A stretch of DNA of 64,000 bases. It comes from Myxococcota bacterium. Its GTDB lineage: Bacteria; Myxococcota_A; UBA9160; UBA6930. The notes below the pieces were generated by a model. It did no database searches, had not been told where the DNA came from, and worked only from the letters and a program-made list of their open reading frames with translations. Numbering within the stretch: position 1 is the first letter of the stretch; each line of letters begins with the position of its first letter. The DNA is taken from NCBI GenBank assembly GCA_965223415.1, contig OZ245002.1, forward strand, positions 4,832,001 through 4,896,000, written 5' to 3'. The position numbers and the translations under genes are program-made. Shown in pieces: positions 28,588 through 37,837 of this stretch.

Positions 28588-29484
28588 TCAGCGGACGCCG
28601 CCGCCGCGGAGGAAGCCGCCCAGGCGCGCTTTCTGCCAGCGGCGCAGCTCGCGGCGGAAGCGCTCGTCCTCGTAGCGGGGATCGCCGCGCAGGGCGGCCC
28701 AGAGGTAGCCCAGCACGATCAGCAGGCCGCCGATCACGTAGGGACGCTCGCGCATGCGAAAGGCGCCGGAGGCGAGCACGTAGAGCGGCGACGAGCCCAT
28801 GAACCACTGGCCCCGGCCCCAGCGGAGACGCCCCCGGTAGATGCTGCGGTCGGACGCGCCCATCGCGCGCAGCTCGGTGATGCGCAGGTTCGGATCGTCG
28901 ATGCTGCGGGTGCGCCAGCCCTCGAGCCGCGCCCGGTGGAAGTCGATGCCGTCCCACATCACCTCCCGCACGAAGCCGCCGATCGCCTCGAAGGCGCGCC
29001 GCCGGTACACCTTGAACTGGCCCGCCACCATCTCGTCGACCATGAAGTTCTCGACGAGGGTGCCGTCGGCGGCCAGGTAGACCTTGCCGCTCGCGGCCGC
29101 GAGCTCCGGGTCGGTCTCGAAGTACTGCATGAGGGTCTCGAGGTAGGTCGGCGGAAACTCGAGATCGACGTCGACCTTGGCGAGGAAGTCGTAGTCGACG
29201 TCGGCCGATCGAAGGCCCTCGTCGAAGGCCTCGATCACCCCGCCGCCCAGGCGCCGGAAGCCCCGGTCCTCACGGCGGATCACGCGGATCCAGTCGTGGC
29301 GCTTGGCCGCCTCCGCGGCGATCTGGGCCGTGCGATCGGTGGACCCGTCGTCGACGATGATCCAGCGCCGCGGGCGCCGGGTCTGGGCGACCATCGCGTC
29401 GATGGTGCGCTCGAGGGTCACCTCTTCGTCCCGGGCCGGAGACACCGCGACGAGCGCAAGGACATCGGCCTCCGATCGCTCCAC
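28588..29484 (-). CDS. Glycosyltransferase family 2
   Basis: VSPARDEE, IVDDGSTDRT, KVDVD, GQFKVYRR, WDGID; AGGAGA RBS before GTG 29484. Confidence 0.9.
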   Translation of the reverse strand: MERSEADVLALVAVSPARDEEVTLERTIDAMVAQTRRPRRWIIVDDGSTDRTAQIAAEAAKRHDWIRVIRREDRGFRRLGGGVIEAFDEGLRSADVDYDFLAKVDVDLEFPPTYLETLMQYFETDPELAAASGKVYLAADGTLVENFMVDEMVAGQFKVYRRRAFEAIGGFVREVMWDGIDFHRARLEGWRTRSIDDPNLRITELRAMGASDRSIYRGRLRWGRGQWFMGSSPLYVLASGAFRMRERPYVIGGLLIVLGYLWAALRGDPRYEDERFRRELRRWQKARLGGFLRGGGVR

Positions 29485-29734
29485 CTGGGTCGGCTCTCCT
29501 GTCGTCTCAGGCCCGGTCACCGAGCCGGAATGGCTGGCGGCCTGCCCCCTGCTCATCGAGGCAGCATTCGCCGGGCTTGAGGCCTGACCGGCGGGAGTGC
29601 GAGTGTGCCGAATTCGCATCGATTCGTCGTGGCCTGACGGCCACGGGATTTTCCCCTCGATCACCTGGGGTGGATCGTCGTGGCCTTCGAACCGTACGTG
29701 GCCCCGTCCTGCCTCCGGGCTCCCGGCCCGCCCC

Positions 29735-30736
29735 TCAACGGGCCGGCCCCTTGTACTCCAGGAGCGCGGGGGCCCCGCCCATGAGCCGGCGCAGGAAGAA
29801 GCGAAGCGCCCCCGAGGCCTCGGCCGGCTTGCCGAGCATCAGGAACGCCGCATGGAGCCGGGCGTCCGCCGCCCCGTGCCCGGCGCCCCGGAGCCCGCGG
29901 GCCGTGCGCAGCCCCTGCAGGCCGAAGGCCGCCAGCCCGACGGCCAGGGACAGGGCCCCGGTCCACGGAGCGGCTGCGAGGCTCGCCAGCGGCAGCGCGG
30001 CGCCCCAGAAGAGGGCCGACCGCAGCCGGGCGGCCATGAAGCCCTCTCTGCTGGCCCGGTGTCGCCACCAGCCCTCGGCGGCGGCATGGCCCCCGCGCCG
30101 CACCCGCTGCCACCAGCTCCCGAAGGCGTGGATGTCCGCGTCGTGGAGGGTCATCTCCGCAGCCAGCCGCTGGATGCGTCCGCCCTCCCGCCGCAGGCGC
30201 AGGCACAGCTCCGGCTCCTCCCCCGCCACGATCTCGTCGCGGTATCCACCGACCCGGGCCAGGGCCGCGATCCGCATCATCGCGTCGCCGCCGCAGCTCT
30301 CGGCCGCGCCCACCGGCGTGTCCCACTCGAGGTCGCACAGCCGGTTGAAGACCGAGGCCTCCGGGGCGCGCTCTCTCCGGCGCCCACACACGACCACGCT
30401 CTGCGGATCGTCCTCCAGCGCCCGCCGCCCCCGCTCGATCCAGCCTTCGACCACCTCACAGTCGCCGTCGACGAACTGCACCCACTCCGCCTCCGGGGCG
30501 AGGGTGCGCACCCGGGCAAGGCCCTCGTTGCGCGCGCGGGCGGCGGAGAAGGGGCGCGCGGGGTCCAGCTCCACCACGTCGCTGGCGAAGGCCCGGGCCC
30601 GCTGGGCGCTGCCGTCGCGGGAGCCGGAATCGACGTAGACGATCGGCTCGCAGCGCCCGGCGAGCGAGCGGAGGCAGCGCACGAGGCGTTCTCCCTCGTT
30701 GCGCCCGATCACGACCGCCGCCGGCTCCGCACTCAC
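29735..30736 (-). CDS. Glycosyltransferase family 2
   Basis: VVIGRNEGERL, YVDSGSRDGS, FSAARARNEG, FVDGDC, AGEEPELC, MTLHDA. Confidence 0.92.
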   Translation of the reverse strand: MSAEPAAVVIGRNEGERLVRCLRSLAGRCEPIVYVDSGSRDGSAQRARAFASDVVELDPARPFSAARARNEGLARVRTLAPEAEWVQFVDGDCEVVEGWIERGRRALEDDPQSVVVCGRRRERAPEASVFNRLCDLEWDTPVGAAESCGGDAMMRIAALARVGGYRDEIVAGEEPELCLRLRREGGRIQRLAAEMTLHDADIHAFGSWWQRVRRGGHAAAEGWWRHRASREGFMAARLRSALFWGAALPLASLAAAPWTGALSLAVGLAAFGLQGLRTARGLRGAGHGAADARLHAAFLMLGKPAEASGALRFFLRRLMGGAPALLEYKGPAR

Positions 30737-30791
30737 CGTGGAAACCTACTGATCGCGCCGCGACCCGCCCGGGAAGCGGGGGGAAGCGCTT

Positions 30792-31799
30792 CTAGGCGCG
30801 CCGGCGGCGGACGGCGGCGACGAGCCCGGCCAGGCCCAGCACGAGCAGCCCGGGCTCCGGCACCTGGAACACGTAGATCGCGCCGTCACCGCGATCGGTG
30901 ACGATCAGCTGCGAGCCGTCGGGCGTGAAGTCGAGGCCCGAGAACTCCGTGCAGCAATCGATGAACGAGAAGCCCGAGAACATCACGCTCACGTTGCCGG
31001 TGCTCGGATCGATGCGCAGCACCTGGTCGCTGGTCTTGTCGATCACCACCAGATCCCCCGTGACCGGATCGACGGTGATCGCGGCCACCCGGCCCAGGGG
31101 CACCGACGTGGCGAGCTGCACGGGCGTACCGGCCGCGGTGAGCTGCCAGATCGCGTTGGCGTCCACGTCGGCGATCCAGATGTCCGTGGCAGAGACGGCC
31201 ACGTCGACGGGCTGCACCAGGGGCGGCGTTCCGTTGGGATCCGTGTAGATCTGGAACTCGCCCTGGGCCGTGCCGAAGTTCCAGCCCCACAGCTCGTCGG
31301 GACCGAGGGAGCCTTCGTCGACCACGATCGACTGGCCCGGCAGCAGGTGGGCGCCGGTGTAGTTGGAGGGCGCGAAGGCCAGCGAGACCGGGTCGTCGTC
31401 GCCCGAATGGAAGCCGTCGACCCAGACCGTCGAGCCGGGCGTACCGAGCACGTGGCGATGGATGGCGCCGACGCCCGGCGTGGCGAAGAAGACGCTCCCG
31501 GTGGCCGGATCCACCACCACCCCAACGGCCCGCTCACCGGTCGCGACCCGGGTGGAGGTGCCGTCGGCGTTGATGCGGTAGAGACCGCCGTCGATGGCGG
31601 CGCTCGTGGTCACCGAGGCGTAGAGCAGGCCGTCGACCGGGTTGTATCGGGCCGAGTTCGCGTTGGCGAGAGACACGGTCCGGACCAGGCTCCACCCGCT
31701 CTCGTGGATCATCGGAGCGGCGTGCGCCGGTGCGGCGCCCAGCAGGGCCAGGAAGGCCAGGAAGCCAAGGGCGCGAGTCAGGTCGTGGATGCGTGACAT
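30792..31799 (-). CDS. PEP-CTERM sorting-domain protein, beta-propeller (NHL/SMP-30-like)
   Basis: Signal peptide ending AHA; propeller-like repeats; C-terminus VPEPGLLVLGLAGLVAAVRRRRA; GGAGG RBS. Confidence 0.9.
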   Translation of the reverse strand: MSRIHDLTRALGFLAFLALLGAAPAHAAPMIHESGWSLVRTVSLANANSARYNPVDGLLYASVTTSAAIDGGLYRINADGTSTRVATGERAVGVVVDPATGSVFFATPGVGAIHRHVLGTPGSTVWVDGFHSGDDDPVSLAFAPSNYTGAHLLPGQSIVVDEGSLGPDELWGWNFGTAQGEFQIYTDPNGTPPLVQPVDVAVSATDIWIADVDANAIWQLTAAGTPVQLATSVPLGRVAAITVDPVTGDLVVIDKTSDQVLRIDPSTGNVSVMFSGFSFIDCCTEFSGLDFTPDGSQLIVTDRGDGAIYVFQVPEPGLLVLGLAGLVAAVRRRRA

Positions 31800-31937
31800 G
31801 GATCCTCCGCTCCGGCCGGCACCCATGCCGGCAGGCCCCTGAGCCCCTCGCTCCAGTAGGTGGCCACGGGGCCACAAACGTGTCGCGGGAACCGCCCGGT
31901 TCGGCACAAGACGATCCCCGAGGGGGCGAAGTAGGGC

Positions 31938-32741
31938 TCAGCTCAGGGAGGGCGGCCCGTGGCGTCCCCGCAGGGCCTTCGTCAGGCCCGAGAGGGCGAA
32001 GGGCACGTTGCGCAGGTAGCGCCCCGCCAGCCGCCCGGGCTCCTGCAGCAGGCGATGGGCCCACTCGAGGCCGATCCGCTGGACCCAGCGCGGCGCCCGC
32101 TGGACCTCACCGGCCACGAAGCTCAGGCTGATGCCGCAGCCCATCCACCAGGTGCGGGGGAAGCGCGCCCGGAGGGCGTCGATCAGGTACTCGGTCTTCG
32201 GGGAGCCGAAGGCCACGAACACCAGGTCCGGCTGGGCCGGCGCGAGGGCCTCGGCGATGGCCGCGAGCTCTTCGCCGGTCGGCGGCGTGCTCACCCGGGG
32301 CGCGAAGTGGCCGGCCACGACCAGGCCCGGGTAGTGCGAGGTGAGCTTTCGGGCGGCCTCGGAGGCGACGCCGTCGTCTCCGCCGAGCAGGAAGAGCCGG
32401 TGGCCGGCGTGGGCCGCCTGCTCCGCCAGCAGCCAGACCAGGTCGGAGCCCGCCACCCGCTCCGGGAAGGGATGGCCAGCCAGGCGAGCCATCCACAGCA
32501 GCGGAGAACCGTCCGGCACCCGGAGATCGGCCCGGCCGTAGAGTGCCCGCACCTCGGCGTCGCGGCTGGCCTGCTGGACGAGCTCCACGTTCGGCGTCAA
32601 CACCCAGCCCCCCCGTCCCGCGGCCACGCCCTCCCGGACCCGACGACACACTTCGTTGCGATCGATCCGGTGGAGCGGAAGCCCGTGGAAGTCGAAGGTC
32701 CCGTACTCGGCGGCCGCCCCTCCGGCCGGCGGCGCGGTCAC
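31938..32741 (-). CDS. WecB/TagA/CpsF family glycosyltransferase
   Basis: VLTPNVE, VPDGSP, ERVAGSDL, FVAFGSPKTE, RAPRWVQRIGLEWAHRLLQEPGRLAGRYL. Confidence 0.92.
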   Translation of the reverse strand: MTAPPAGGAAAEYGTFDFHGLPLHRIDRNEVCRRVREGVAAGRGGWVLTPNVELVQQASRDAEVRALYGRADLRVPDGSPLLWMARLAGHPFPERVAGSDLVWLLAEQAAHAGHRLFLLGGDDGVASEAARKLTSHYPGLVVAGHFAPRVSTPPTGEELAAIAEALAPAQPDLVFVAFGSPKTEYLIDALRARFPRTWWMGCGISLSFVAGEVQRAPRWVQRIGLEWAHRLLQEPGRLAGRYLRNVPFALSGLTKALRGRHGPPSLS

Positions 32742-33478
32742 GGCCTGGGCTCCCCGCCCGGAACCCAGCGGCACACCAGCCGCTCGGCGCCGGTCGCCGC
32801 CACCGCCAGGTGATGGCGGGGGGTGGGCCGCCCGTGCCAACAGCGCCAGCCCGGCCCCGCCCCGCCGGGCGCGACCGGCGAAGGCGTTCCGGCTTCGCGG
32901 GCCTCGGCGTCGCCGGGCGGAAAGTGGACACGGCCCAGGAGCCCCGCCAGCCCGCCGCCCTCGGCCTTGGCCAAGGCCTCCTTCAGGCACCACAGGCGGA
33001 GGAAGCGCTCCCGCGCGAGCGCATCGTCCGAAGGCTCGCCCACCCGGCGCGCCTCGTCCGGATGGAAGAAGCGCCCGGCCAACGCCCGCGGGTCGCGCAG
33101 CCGGCGGCCACCCTCCACGTCCACGCCCACGGCCCCTCGGCCGACGGCGCAGGCAACGAGCCCGTCCGTGTGGGAGACGTTGAACGCCGGGGCGTCGGCC
33201 TGGGCGAGCTCGGGGCGCCCCCGCGCATCGCGGCGAAGGGTCCAGGCCTCCGGCCCGCGCCCGCCGTAGCAAGCGAGGACGTGGCGGAGGAGTCCCCGCC
33301 CGCAGGCGAACCGTCGCCCGGGCTCCTCCGCCATGCGCCCCAGCTCCCCGCGTTCCGCGTCGGACAGCACGCGCCGCAGACAGGCCGGCGTGTCCTCCGG
33401 CTCGGCCATCAGCCACACGTGGATCTCGTCGGGGGGCAGCCCGGTGTCGGGGGTGCTCGGCGGAGCGGGATCGGACAC
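32738..33478 (-). CDS. 4'-phosphopantetheinyl transferase (Sfp type)
   Basis: GRPEL, FNVSHT, VGVDVE, FLRLWCLKEALAKAEG. Confidence 0.92.
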   Translation of the reverse strand: MSDPAPPSTPDTGLPPDEIHVWLMAEPEDTPACLRRVLSDAERGELGRMAEEPGRRFACGRGLLRHVLACYGGRGPEAWTLRRDARGRPELAQADAPAFNVSHTDGLVACAVGRGAVGVDVEGGRRLRDPRALAGRFFHPDEARRVGEPSDDALARERFLRLWCLKEALAKAEGGGLAGLLGRVHFPPGDAEAREAGTPSPVAPGGAGPGWRCWHGRPTPRHHLAVAATGAERLVCRWVPGGEPRP

Positions 33479-33619
33479 AGCGGCGAACGGTGGGGTGCCG
33501 GAGGATGTGTGTCAACGCACGGGGCCCATTCCGCCTCGGAGCGAGGCTCGGTCGGTACCGTACCGGGAGCGAGCCGCCCACGTGGCAACCGGGCGTGGGT
33601 CCGCGATCCTCAGGCCGCC

Positions 33620-35434
33620 GTGTCGTCCCACGCCTCGACCCCTGCTCCGGGCGCCAGCCCGGAGACGCCCTGGCTCCATCCCTTTGCGGGATGCGTGGCC
33701 GCACGGGGCGCGGTGAAGGCCGCGCTCCAGCGGAGCCCCTGCGTGGCGCTCACCGGGCCCGAGGGCATCGGGAAGACGCGTCTCCTGCACGACCTGCCCG
33801 TGGTGCTCGGCGGCGCCTTCCGGGTGGCCTACGTGCCCTTCGCCGCCCTGCCGGGGAGGGAGCTCGCCGCCTGGGCGCTGGGTGCCCTGGACGAGCCCGT
33901 GGAGGGAGATCCGGCGGAGAACCTGCGGGCCCTGGCGACCCGGAGCGGACAACCGCCGCTGCTCCTCGCCATCGACGAGGCCCACGCGATGCCCCAGGCG
34001 AGCGCGCGGCAGCTGGCGGATTGGATCCCCGAGGCGAAGGGACGCCTGGCACTGGTCGCGGCCTTCAACCCGGACCCGCGCACGCCCCGGGTACGGCTCG
34101 CCTTCGGGCCGGAACGGGTGGACGTCGCTTTCGAGCGGCCCCTCACGCCGGACGAGGCCCGCGAGCTGGTCCTGGCCTTCGTCGAGCGTTGCGACCCGCT
34201 CCCGAGCCGTCGGGCACGCTTCGACGAGACGACCCTGGCCGGCCTCTTCGCCACCTCCAGCGGCCTGCCCGGCCGGCTGCTGGACCTGACGCAACACGTG
34301 CTGGAGGGCGGCCCCGCACCCGGGCCCGACGGCCGCTTCGTGCTCGGCGACGAGTTCGACCCGTTCGCCGTCACGGCCAATGCCGACGGCTACGTGGCCC
34401 GGCCCGCCACCGAGGACACGCTCCGGGCCCTCGAGGAGACCCTCGACGGCGGCGCCCCCCTGCTGGCGATCGTCGGGCCGGCGGGAATCGGCAAGACCCA
34501 GATCCTGCGCGTGCTCGCCGGCCGGGTCGGCGAGCGCTTCCAGCCCCTCCACGTGGCCTACGGCAGCCTCGAGCCCAACGAGCTCGAGCGCTGGATCGCC
34601 ACCCTGCTCGGCGCGCCGACCAGCCCCGGCGCGCTGCTGGAGACGGCGAAGAGCTCCTCCCACGCCGGGCGCCCGCTGCTGCTGATGATCGACGACGCCG
34701 GCGCCGTTCCGCCGCGCTCCCTCGAGTGGCTCCACGAGCAGGCGGTCTCGAGCGAGGGCGCCCTGCGCATCCTGTTCGCGGCCACCGACAGCGGCGGCGA
34801 TCGCCCGCTGGCGAGCCTCGACGTCCTCGAGCCGGCGCCCCAGCGGATCCCGCTCTCGGATCCTCTCGATCCCGAGGAGAGCGAGGCCTGGGTCGCGGCC
34901 CAGCTGCGGGCCGCGGCCGCACCGGAGCCGGTGCGCCGGGCGTTCCACGCCCGGGCCGTGCGCGAGCTGCACCAGGAGGCGGGGGGCAACCCGGCCGAGC
35001 TGAAGCGCCTGGCCGAGGACCGGGTGCGGGAGATCTCCGCCCTGCCCGCTCCCGCTCCGCCGACCACCCGCGCTGCCCCCTTCGACCCGGAGCTCGTCGG
35101 CCAGCCGGCGTGGCTTCGCGGACGGTGGGCCGGCCTGCTGATCGGCGCCCTCGCGCTCCTGGCCTTTGCGGCCTTCTTGTTTCCCGCCCTCACCGACTGG
35201 AGTCCGGCGGACCCGGGGCGCAGCGTCGACGCGGACATCGTGAGCGTCCACATCAACGCCACACCCTGGGCCCGGGTCTCGATCGACGGCCGCGAGCTGG
35301 GCGCCACGCCCCTCGGCAACGTCGAGCTCAGCGTGGGGCCCCACGCCCTGCGGGCCGAGCTGGCGGACGGGACCGTGATCGAACGGGAGATCCAGATCGA
35401 CACCGAGCACCGGCACGTGGTCATCACCCGGTGA
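33620..35434 (+). CDS. Tandem ExeA-like AAA-AAA protein with TM helix and C-terminal PEGA-like domain
   Basis: Two Walker A (GPEGIGKT, GPAGIGKT) and Walker B (IDEAH, IDDAG) sets; TM; INATPWARVSIDGRELGATPL; start uncertain. Confidence 0.78.
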   Translation: MSSHASTPAPGASPETPWLHPFAGCVAARGAVKAALQRSPCVALTGPEGIGKTRLLHDLPVVLGGAFRVAYVPFAALPGRELAAWALGALDEPVEGDPAENLRALATRSGQPPLLLAIDEAHAMPQASARQLADWIPEAKGRLALVAAFNPDPRTPRVRLAFGPERVDVAFERPLTPDEARELVLAFVERCDPLPSRRARFDETTLAGLFATSSGLPGRLLDLTQHVLEGGPAPGPDGRFVLGDEFDPFAVTANADGYVARPATEDTLRALEETLDGGAPLLAIVGPAGIGKTQILRVLAGRVGERFQPLHVAYGSLEPNELERWIATLLGAPTSPGALLETAKSSSHAGRPLLLMIDDAGAVPPRSLEWLHEQAVSSEGALRILFAATDSGGDRPLASLDVLEPAPQRIPLSDPLDPEESEAWVAAQLRAAAAPEPVRRAFHARAVRELHQEAGGNPAELKRLAEDRVREISALPAPAPPTTRAAPFDPELVGQPAWLRGRWAGLLIGALALLAFAAFLFPALTDWSPADPGRSVDADIVSVHINATPWARVSIDGRELGATPLGNVELSVGPHALRAELADGTVIEREIQIDTEHRHVVITR

Positions 35435-36084
35435 CCGGACCCGGGCGGAGATCCCTCGGGCTCTCTGGTGCGGCCCTGCTGCTGCTCGCGGCGGCGGCCG
35501 GGGCCCAGCCGATCCCGGGCGGGGTCTCGTCCATGGCGGTGATGTGGGCCCAGGGCGAGTACCGCTCGCCCATGATCTGCGAGATCGACGGCCAGCCCGC
35601 CCGCGCCCTTCGCCGGGTGGTGGTCCGTCCCGGCCCGCGCCGGGGCGCGCGCCTCAGCGGACGCCTGACCTTCTTCGACCTGGAGGCTCCGTCGAACACG
35701 GTCTGCTACGGCGAGACCGGCGGCGACCAGCCGAACCTGATCGGTGCCCTGTACTTCGTGCTCGAGGGGCGGGCCAACAGTGACACGGCCCGCCACGACT
35801 TCGACGAGACCCTTCGCCGCAAGGGAGGCTTCGCCTTCGACGTGACCGGCGGAAGCCTGCGCGGCGGCCCGCCCGGCGCCGCGACCGGCGGGCTTCCGGC
35901 CTTCGAGCTCGCCGAGGCCGAGCTCCGGGTCGACACCGTCGCGCGGGGCAGCGACGCCTTCCGTCGCCTGGCCGACTTCGGCGCCCGCGACAAGCGGGTC
36001 CTCACCCTCCAGCTCGCGGACGGACGCAGCTGGTCCTTCGACCTGGTGCGCTGGGATCCCCCGGACCGCCGCCGTCCGCGCTGA
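35431..36084 (+). CDS. Secreted hypothetical protein
   Basis: GTG overlaps upstream stop; signal peptide ...LLLLAAAAGAQ; two Cys. Confidence 0.65.
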   Translation: MTGPGRRSLGLSGAALLLLAAAAGAQPIPGGVSSMAVMWAQGEYRSPMICEIDGQPARALRRVVVRPGPRRGARLSGRLTFFDLEAPSNTVCYGETGGDQPNLIGALYFVLEGRANSDTARHDFDETLRRKGGFAFDVTGGSLRGGPPGAATGGLPAFELAEAELRVDTVARGSDAFRRLADFGARDKRVLTLQLADGRSWSFDLVRWDPPDRRRPR

Positions 36085-36088
36085 GCCG

Positions 36089-37372
36089 GTGCACGGGCCC
36101 TACCGGATCGGCGCGACGCGCTGGTGGCTGCGAGACGGGGTCGATTTCGACACCGCCCGGGCGGCCCTCGTCGGGACCCAGGAGGCCCTGACCTCCGGTG
36201 CCCTCGTCGATCGCAAGCACGGCCGACGCAAGGGGCTCTTCGACCTGGCGCTGGGCGTTGGCGCCGGCGACGACGCGCCGGACCACCTGCTGAAGCGCAA
36301 CGCCTACGAAGGCATCGCGCGGCTCCGGCGCAGCCTGCGGGGGAGCAAGGCGCGGGGCGAGCTGGAGCGAGCCGAGCGCGCTGCCGCCCGCGGCATCGCC
36401 ACGCCCCTGCCTCTGGCCGCGGGGGAGGTGAGGTGGGCCGGTCTCCTCGACCACTGCCTGCTGCTGATGCCGCGGCTGGAAGGAGCCGTCGACCTCCGGG
36501 TCGTGTGGGAGAGCCGGGCCCTGGCGCCGACCGAGCGCCGTGCCGTCGCGACGGCGTTCGGCGCCCTCTCCCGGGAGGCCGTCGAAGCCGGCCTCTTCCA
36601 GGACGACTTCGCCCCCAACAACGTGCTGCTGCGCCGCGGCTCGCCGCCCGAGCTCTGGATGATCGACTTCGAGCGCGCGGAGCTGCGCGACCGGGTGACG
36701 GCGGAGGAGCGCACCCGCATGCTGGCCAAGCTCCAGCGCGAGCTGGTCGGCGCCACCCGCGCGGATCGGCTGCGCTTCCTCCGGGCCTTCGACCCGGACG
36801 ATCCTCGCGGCGGGTGGCGCCGGGCCGAAGCGGAGGCGCCGCGGCTGCTCCAGCGGGACCTGGCCCACCTCGAGCGCACCCTTCGACGCCCGGGACGACG
36901 GTTCGCCCCGCTCCGGGACGGCGCCTTCTTCGGGTGGCAACGCAGGGACGTGGCCCTAGCGGACCTCCGACATCCTCGCGATGCCTCGGCGCCGCTCCCC
37001 GGACGCCGGGATCTTCCGCCGGTCTCCCGCGCCGCCGGGCGCCGCCTGTTCGCGACCGCCGTCCTCCTGGCCCGTCGGGGCCTCGGGCCGCGGCCGCTGG
37101 CCTGGTTCGGCTCGCCGGAGCGGAGCTGCCTGCTCTCCGAGCCGGCCGACGTGCAGGCCGAGGCCCCGGAATCCCCGGCAGGCCGGGTCCTGCTTCGCAG
37201 CCTGCTCGCCCTGGCCGATCTCGAAGGTCCGGTCCGGCCCGGAGACCTGGGCCGGATGCGCGGCCCGCACGGTGAAGCCGCCGCCGTGTGGCAGGCGCCG
37301 GAGCGCCTGATCGTCACGGGCCGCAGCGCTCCGCCGGAGCGCCATCGGGAGATCCTCTCCTCCCACCGCTAG
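36089..37372 (+). CDS. Lipopolysaccharide kinase (Kdo/WaaP/InaA family)
   Basis: HLLKR, SKARGE, GIATPLPLA, FQDDFAPNNVL, WMIDFE, RADRLRFLRAF. Confidence 0.8.
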   Translation: MHGPYRIGATRWWLRDGVDFDTARAALVGTQEALTSGALVDRKHGRRKGLFDLALGVGAGDDAPDHLLKRNAYEGIARLRRSLRGSKARGELERAERAAARGIATPLPLAAGEVRWAGLLDHCLLLMPRLEGAVDLRVVWESRALAPTERRAVATAFGALSREAVEAGLFQDDFAPNNVLLRRGSPPELWMIDFERAELRDRVTAEERTRMLAKLQRELVGATRADRLRFLRAFDPDDPRGGWRRAEAEAPRLLQRDLAHLERTLRRPGRRFAPLRDGAFFGWQRRDVALADLRHPRDASAPLPGRRDLPPVSRAAGRRLFATAVLLARRGLGPRPLAWFGSPERSCLLSEPADVQAEAPESPAGRVLLRSLLALADLEGPVRPGDLGRMRGPHGEAAAVWQAPERLIVTGRSAPPERHREILSSHR

Positions 37373-37422
37373 GAGGCCCCCCGGGTCTCCAGTCGCGCGG
37401 CGAAGCTTCCGATACGAGGCGC

Positions 37423-37752
37423 ATGAGCGAGCGCCCTCCGAAAGCGATCCGCTCCCTGCGCGAGGACGACCCCGCCGTCGAGGAGCGGATCGACACGTTC
37501 ATCGCCGGTCTGGGTGAGCGCATCGACCGGCTCCAGGACCTGGAGGCCGGCGGCGACCCGAATGCGCTCCGCGACGGCGTCCTGGCCTTCGCCGCCGAGG
37601 CCCTCGAGCTCGGCTACCCGGCGCTCGCAGAGACCGCCCGACGGGTGGCCACCGCCTGCGACGAGGGAAGCGCCGAGGCCATGCGCAAGGGAGTCCTCGA
37701 CCTCACCGACGTCTCCCAGCGCGTCCGCCGCGGGCATCGCTCCGCCGCCTGA
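37423..37752 (+). CDS. Hpt-like four-helix protein lacking the phospho-accepting His
   Basis: IRSLREDDP...DTFIAGLGERIDRL...LGYPALAETARRV resembles stand-alone Hpt domains; the AHxLKG motif is replaced by VLAFAA. Confidence 0.6.
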   Translation: MSERPPKAIRSLREDDPAVEERIDTFIAGLGERIDRLQDLEAGGDPNALRDGVLAFAAEALELGYPALAETARRVATACDEGSAEAMRKGVLDLTDVSQRVRRGHRSAA

Positions 37753-37820
37753 GCCCGGCGCGAGGCGGGGCATCGCTCCGCCGCCTGAGCCCGGCGCGAG
37801 GCGGGGCATCGCTCCGCCGC
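37732..37820. repeat. Tandem repeat, ~2.5 copies of 36 bp
   Basis: GGGCATCGCTCCGCCGCCTGAGCCCGGCGCGAGGCG at 37732 and 37768, partial copy at 37804. Confidence 0.95.
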
Positions 37821-37837
37821 TCGACGGTCGCTCCGGC

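Noticed and set aside
37732..37820. Possible mini-CRISPR (36-bp period)
   Set aside because: Head-to-tail identical units with no spacers; the first unit is part of a coding sequence
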